64,000 bases of DNA from contig NC_058383.1 in NCBI RefSeq assembly GCF_018350175.1, forward strand, positions 3,286,001 to 3,350,000, in the 5' to 3' direction. This document shows positions 62,861-64,000 of the stretch, piece after piece. The DNA comes from Felis catus. Taxonomy: Eukaryota. A model generated the notes under the pieces. That model was not told where the DNA came from, searched no databases, and saw nothing but the letters and a program-made list of their open reading frames with translations. Each line of letters begins with the position of its first letter. The first letter of the stretch is position 1. The translations under genes were made by a program, and so were the position numbers.

Positions 62861-64000
62861 TTGCGAGCTCCAGTCTAAAAATGGGACCGGGGCTCACGCG
62901 AACCACAGGAAACGAGGTGTCTCCTGCAGCTCAGGTACAAGGTACTCCAGGTGGAGAAGCCGGAGCTACAGACTCCCTGGACCCGGAGCACTTTGAGGCC
63001 CCTCAGGAGCCTTGTGACCTCTCACCTCTGCTCCCTGCTTACTTCCCTTTGCCCCCAAGGTGGGCGGGAGCGCGTGCCCTGTGCGTCAGGGCCGCGTGTC
63101 CGGTGTTTATCAGGAAAACACGGGGTGTCACATGGAAGAACACTGTCAGAGTCCTTTAGAAAAGGTATGGCCAGTGGTCGACATCTTCAGAATGTTTTTT
63201 CTGACAACCTGATTCCATTAAAACATTGTAGATGTTACCTCATTCTGTTCTAGCGTTTCATGGTGTGGAGAAGAAATCCGGAGGGTGTGGGGTTCGGGTT
63301 TTGTTCTCTTTGGGTTGATAGCGCGTTTTCCCTCTCTGGCTTCTTTGTAAGTTGTACTTCTTTGTCCTGAAGCTCGGACGCTCGGCTGGGACCGAACCGC
63401 AGGGGCTCTCTCCCTCTTGGTGCGCAGGAAGCCCTTAGAAGACGCAAGCGAGCCTTCTTCGCGTGTGGCAATCTGTCTGCGTTGTTAATTTGATTGACGT
63501 TGGCCTCTCACAGACTCTCTTCTCACCTTCTAGAATTCTTGTTGTGCCCACACGGGGCCTCCTGGATCGGCATTCCATTCACTCATCTTCTCGTTACAGC
63601 TCAGTTACCTGCTGTCTCGAGATCCCAGAGAAAACTCTCAATTCCAGCCACATTCACTGATCTGATCTTAGGCACTACCCAGTCTGTACTTTGGAGCTTC
63701 TGTTGTATCTTTACTTTTGGCAGTTTGTATGCTCGTCAAAAAGCCATCTTTCCTGGTCTAAGATCTTTCTGTTTTCATATCTACAGTATGTTATCAACCC
63801 CGCTCACTGGCACTTTTATTTGATTCAGACTTTCTGAGTCATCTGAATCAATATGGTTCGGAAATTTCCCGAAGTGTTCTTTTTCATAAAGGGGATACTT
63901 CTTCATAGTCTTTAAATTAATTGACCCCTTTATTATGGACTTTTTCCATTATGGGCTTTATTATTAGGATTACTTAATTTTTATTTTGCCACATTAATGA

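Noticed and set aside
1..64000. Endogenous viral element, numt, processed pseudogene or named host gene
   Set aside because: No ORF or motif matching gag/pol/env, borna/parvo/filo proteins, mitochondrial genes or a known mRNA was recognised. The host gene cannot be named without alignment.

Overview
Non-coding mammalian DNA, almost certainly from a felid (cat family). The evidence is 15 tRNA-derived CanSINE copies of the feliform SINEC_Fc type and carnivore/felid L1 3' ends. I could not identify a protein-coding exon, RNA gene, endogenous viral ORF or CRISPR array. The listed ORFs appear to be chance GC-rich ORFs or decayed SINE/L1/L2 translations. The window is a mosaic of ancient repeats (L1M subfamilies, L2, MIR, MLT1/MaLR LTRs, MER33, a MER45-like piece), young CanSINEs with target-site duplications, and several repeat-free blocks rich in homeodomain/FOX/TCF/SOX motifs that resemble conserved developmental enhancers. 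Most L1 and LTR fragments are on the minus strand, which suggests a large intron of a plus-strand gene I cannot name. The most notable observations are a probable two-LTR MLT1 element with internal sequence, an apparent AT->GC substitution bias in ancient repeats, nested retrotransposon insertions, a very young SINE, an inverted SINE pair, a 59-nt Z-DNA-prone tract and a few weak candidate cassette exons. Repeat family names come from recalled consensus motifs, not a RepeatMasker run, and old-repeat boundaries are approximate. I found no convincing novel biological system.
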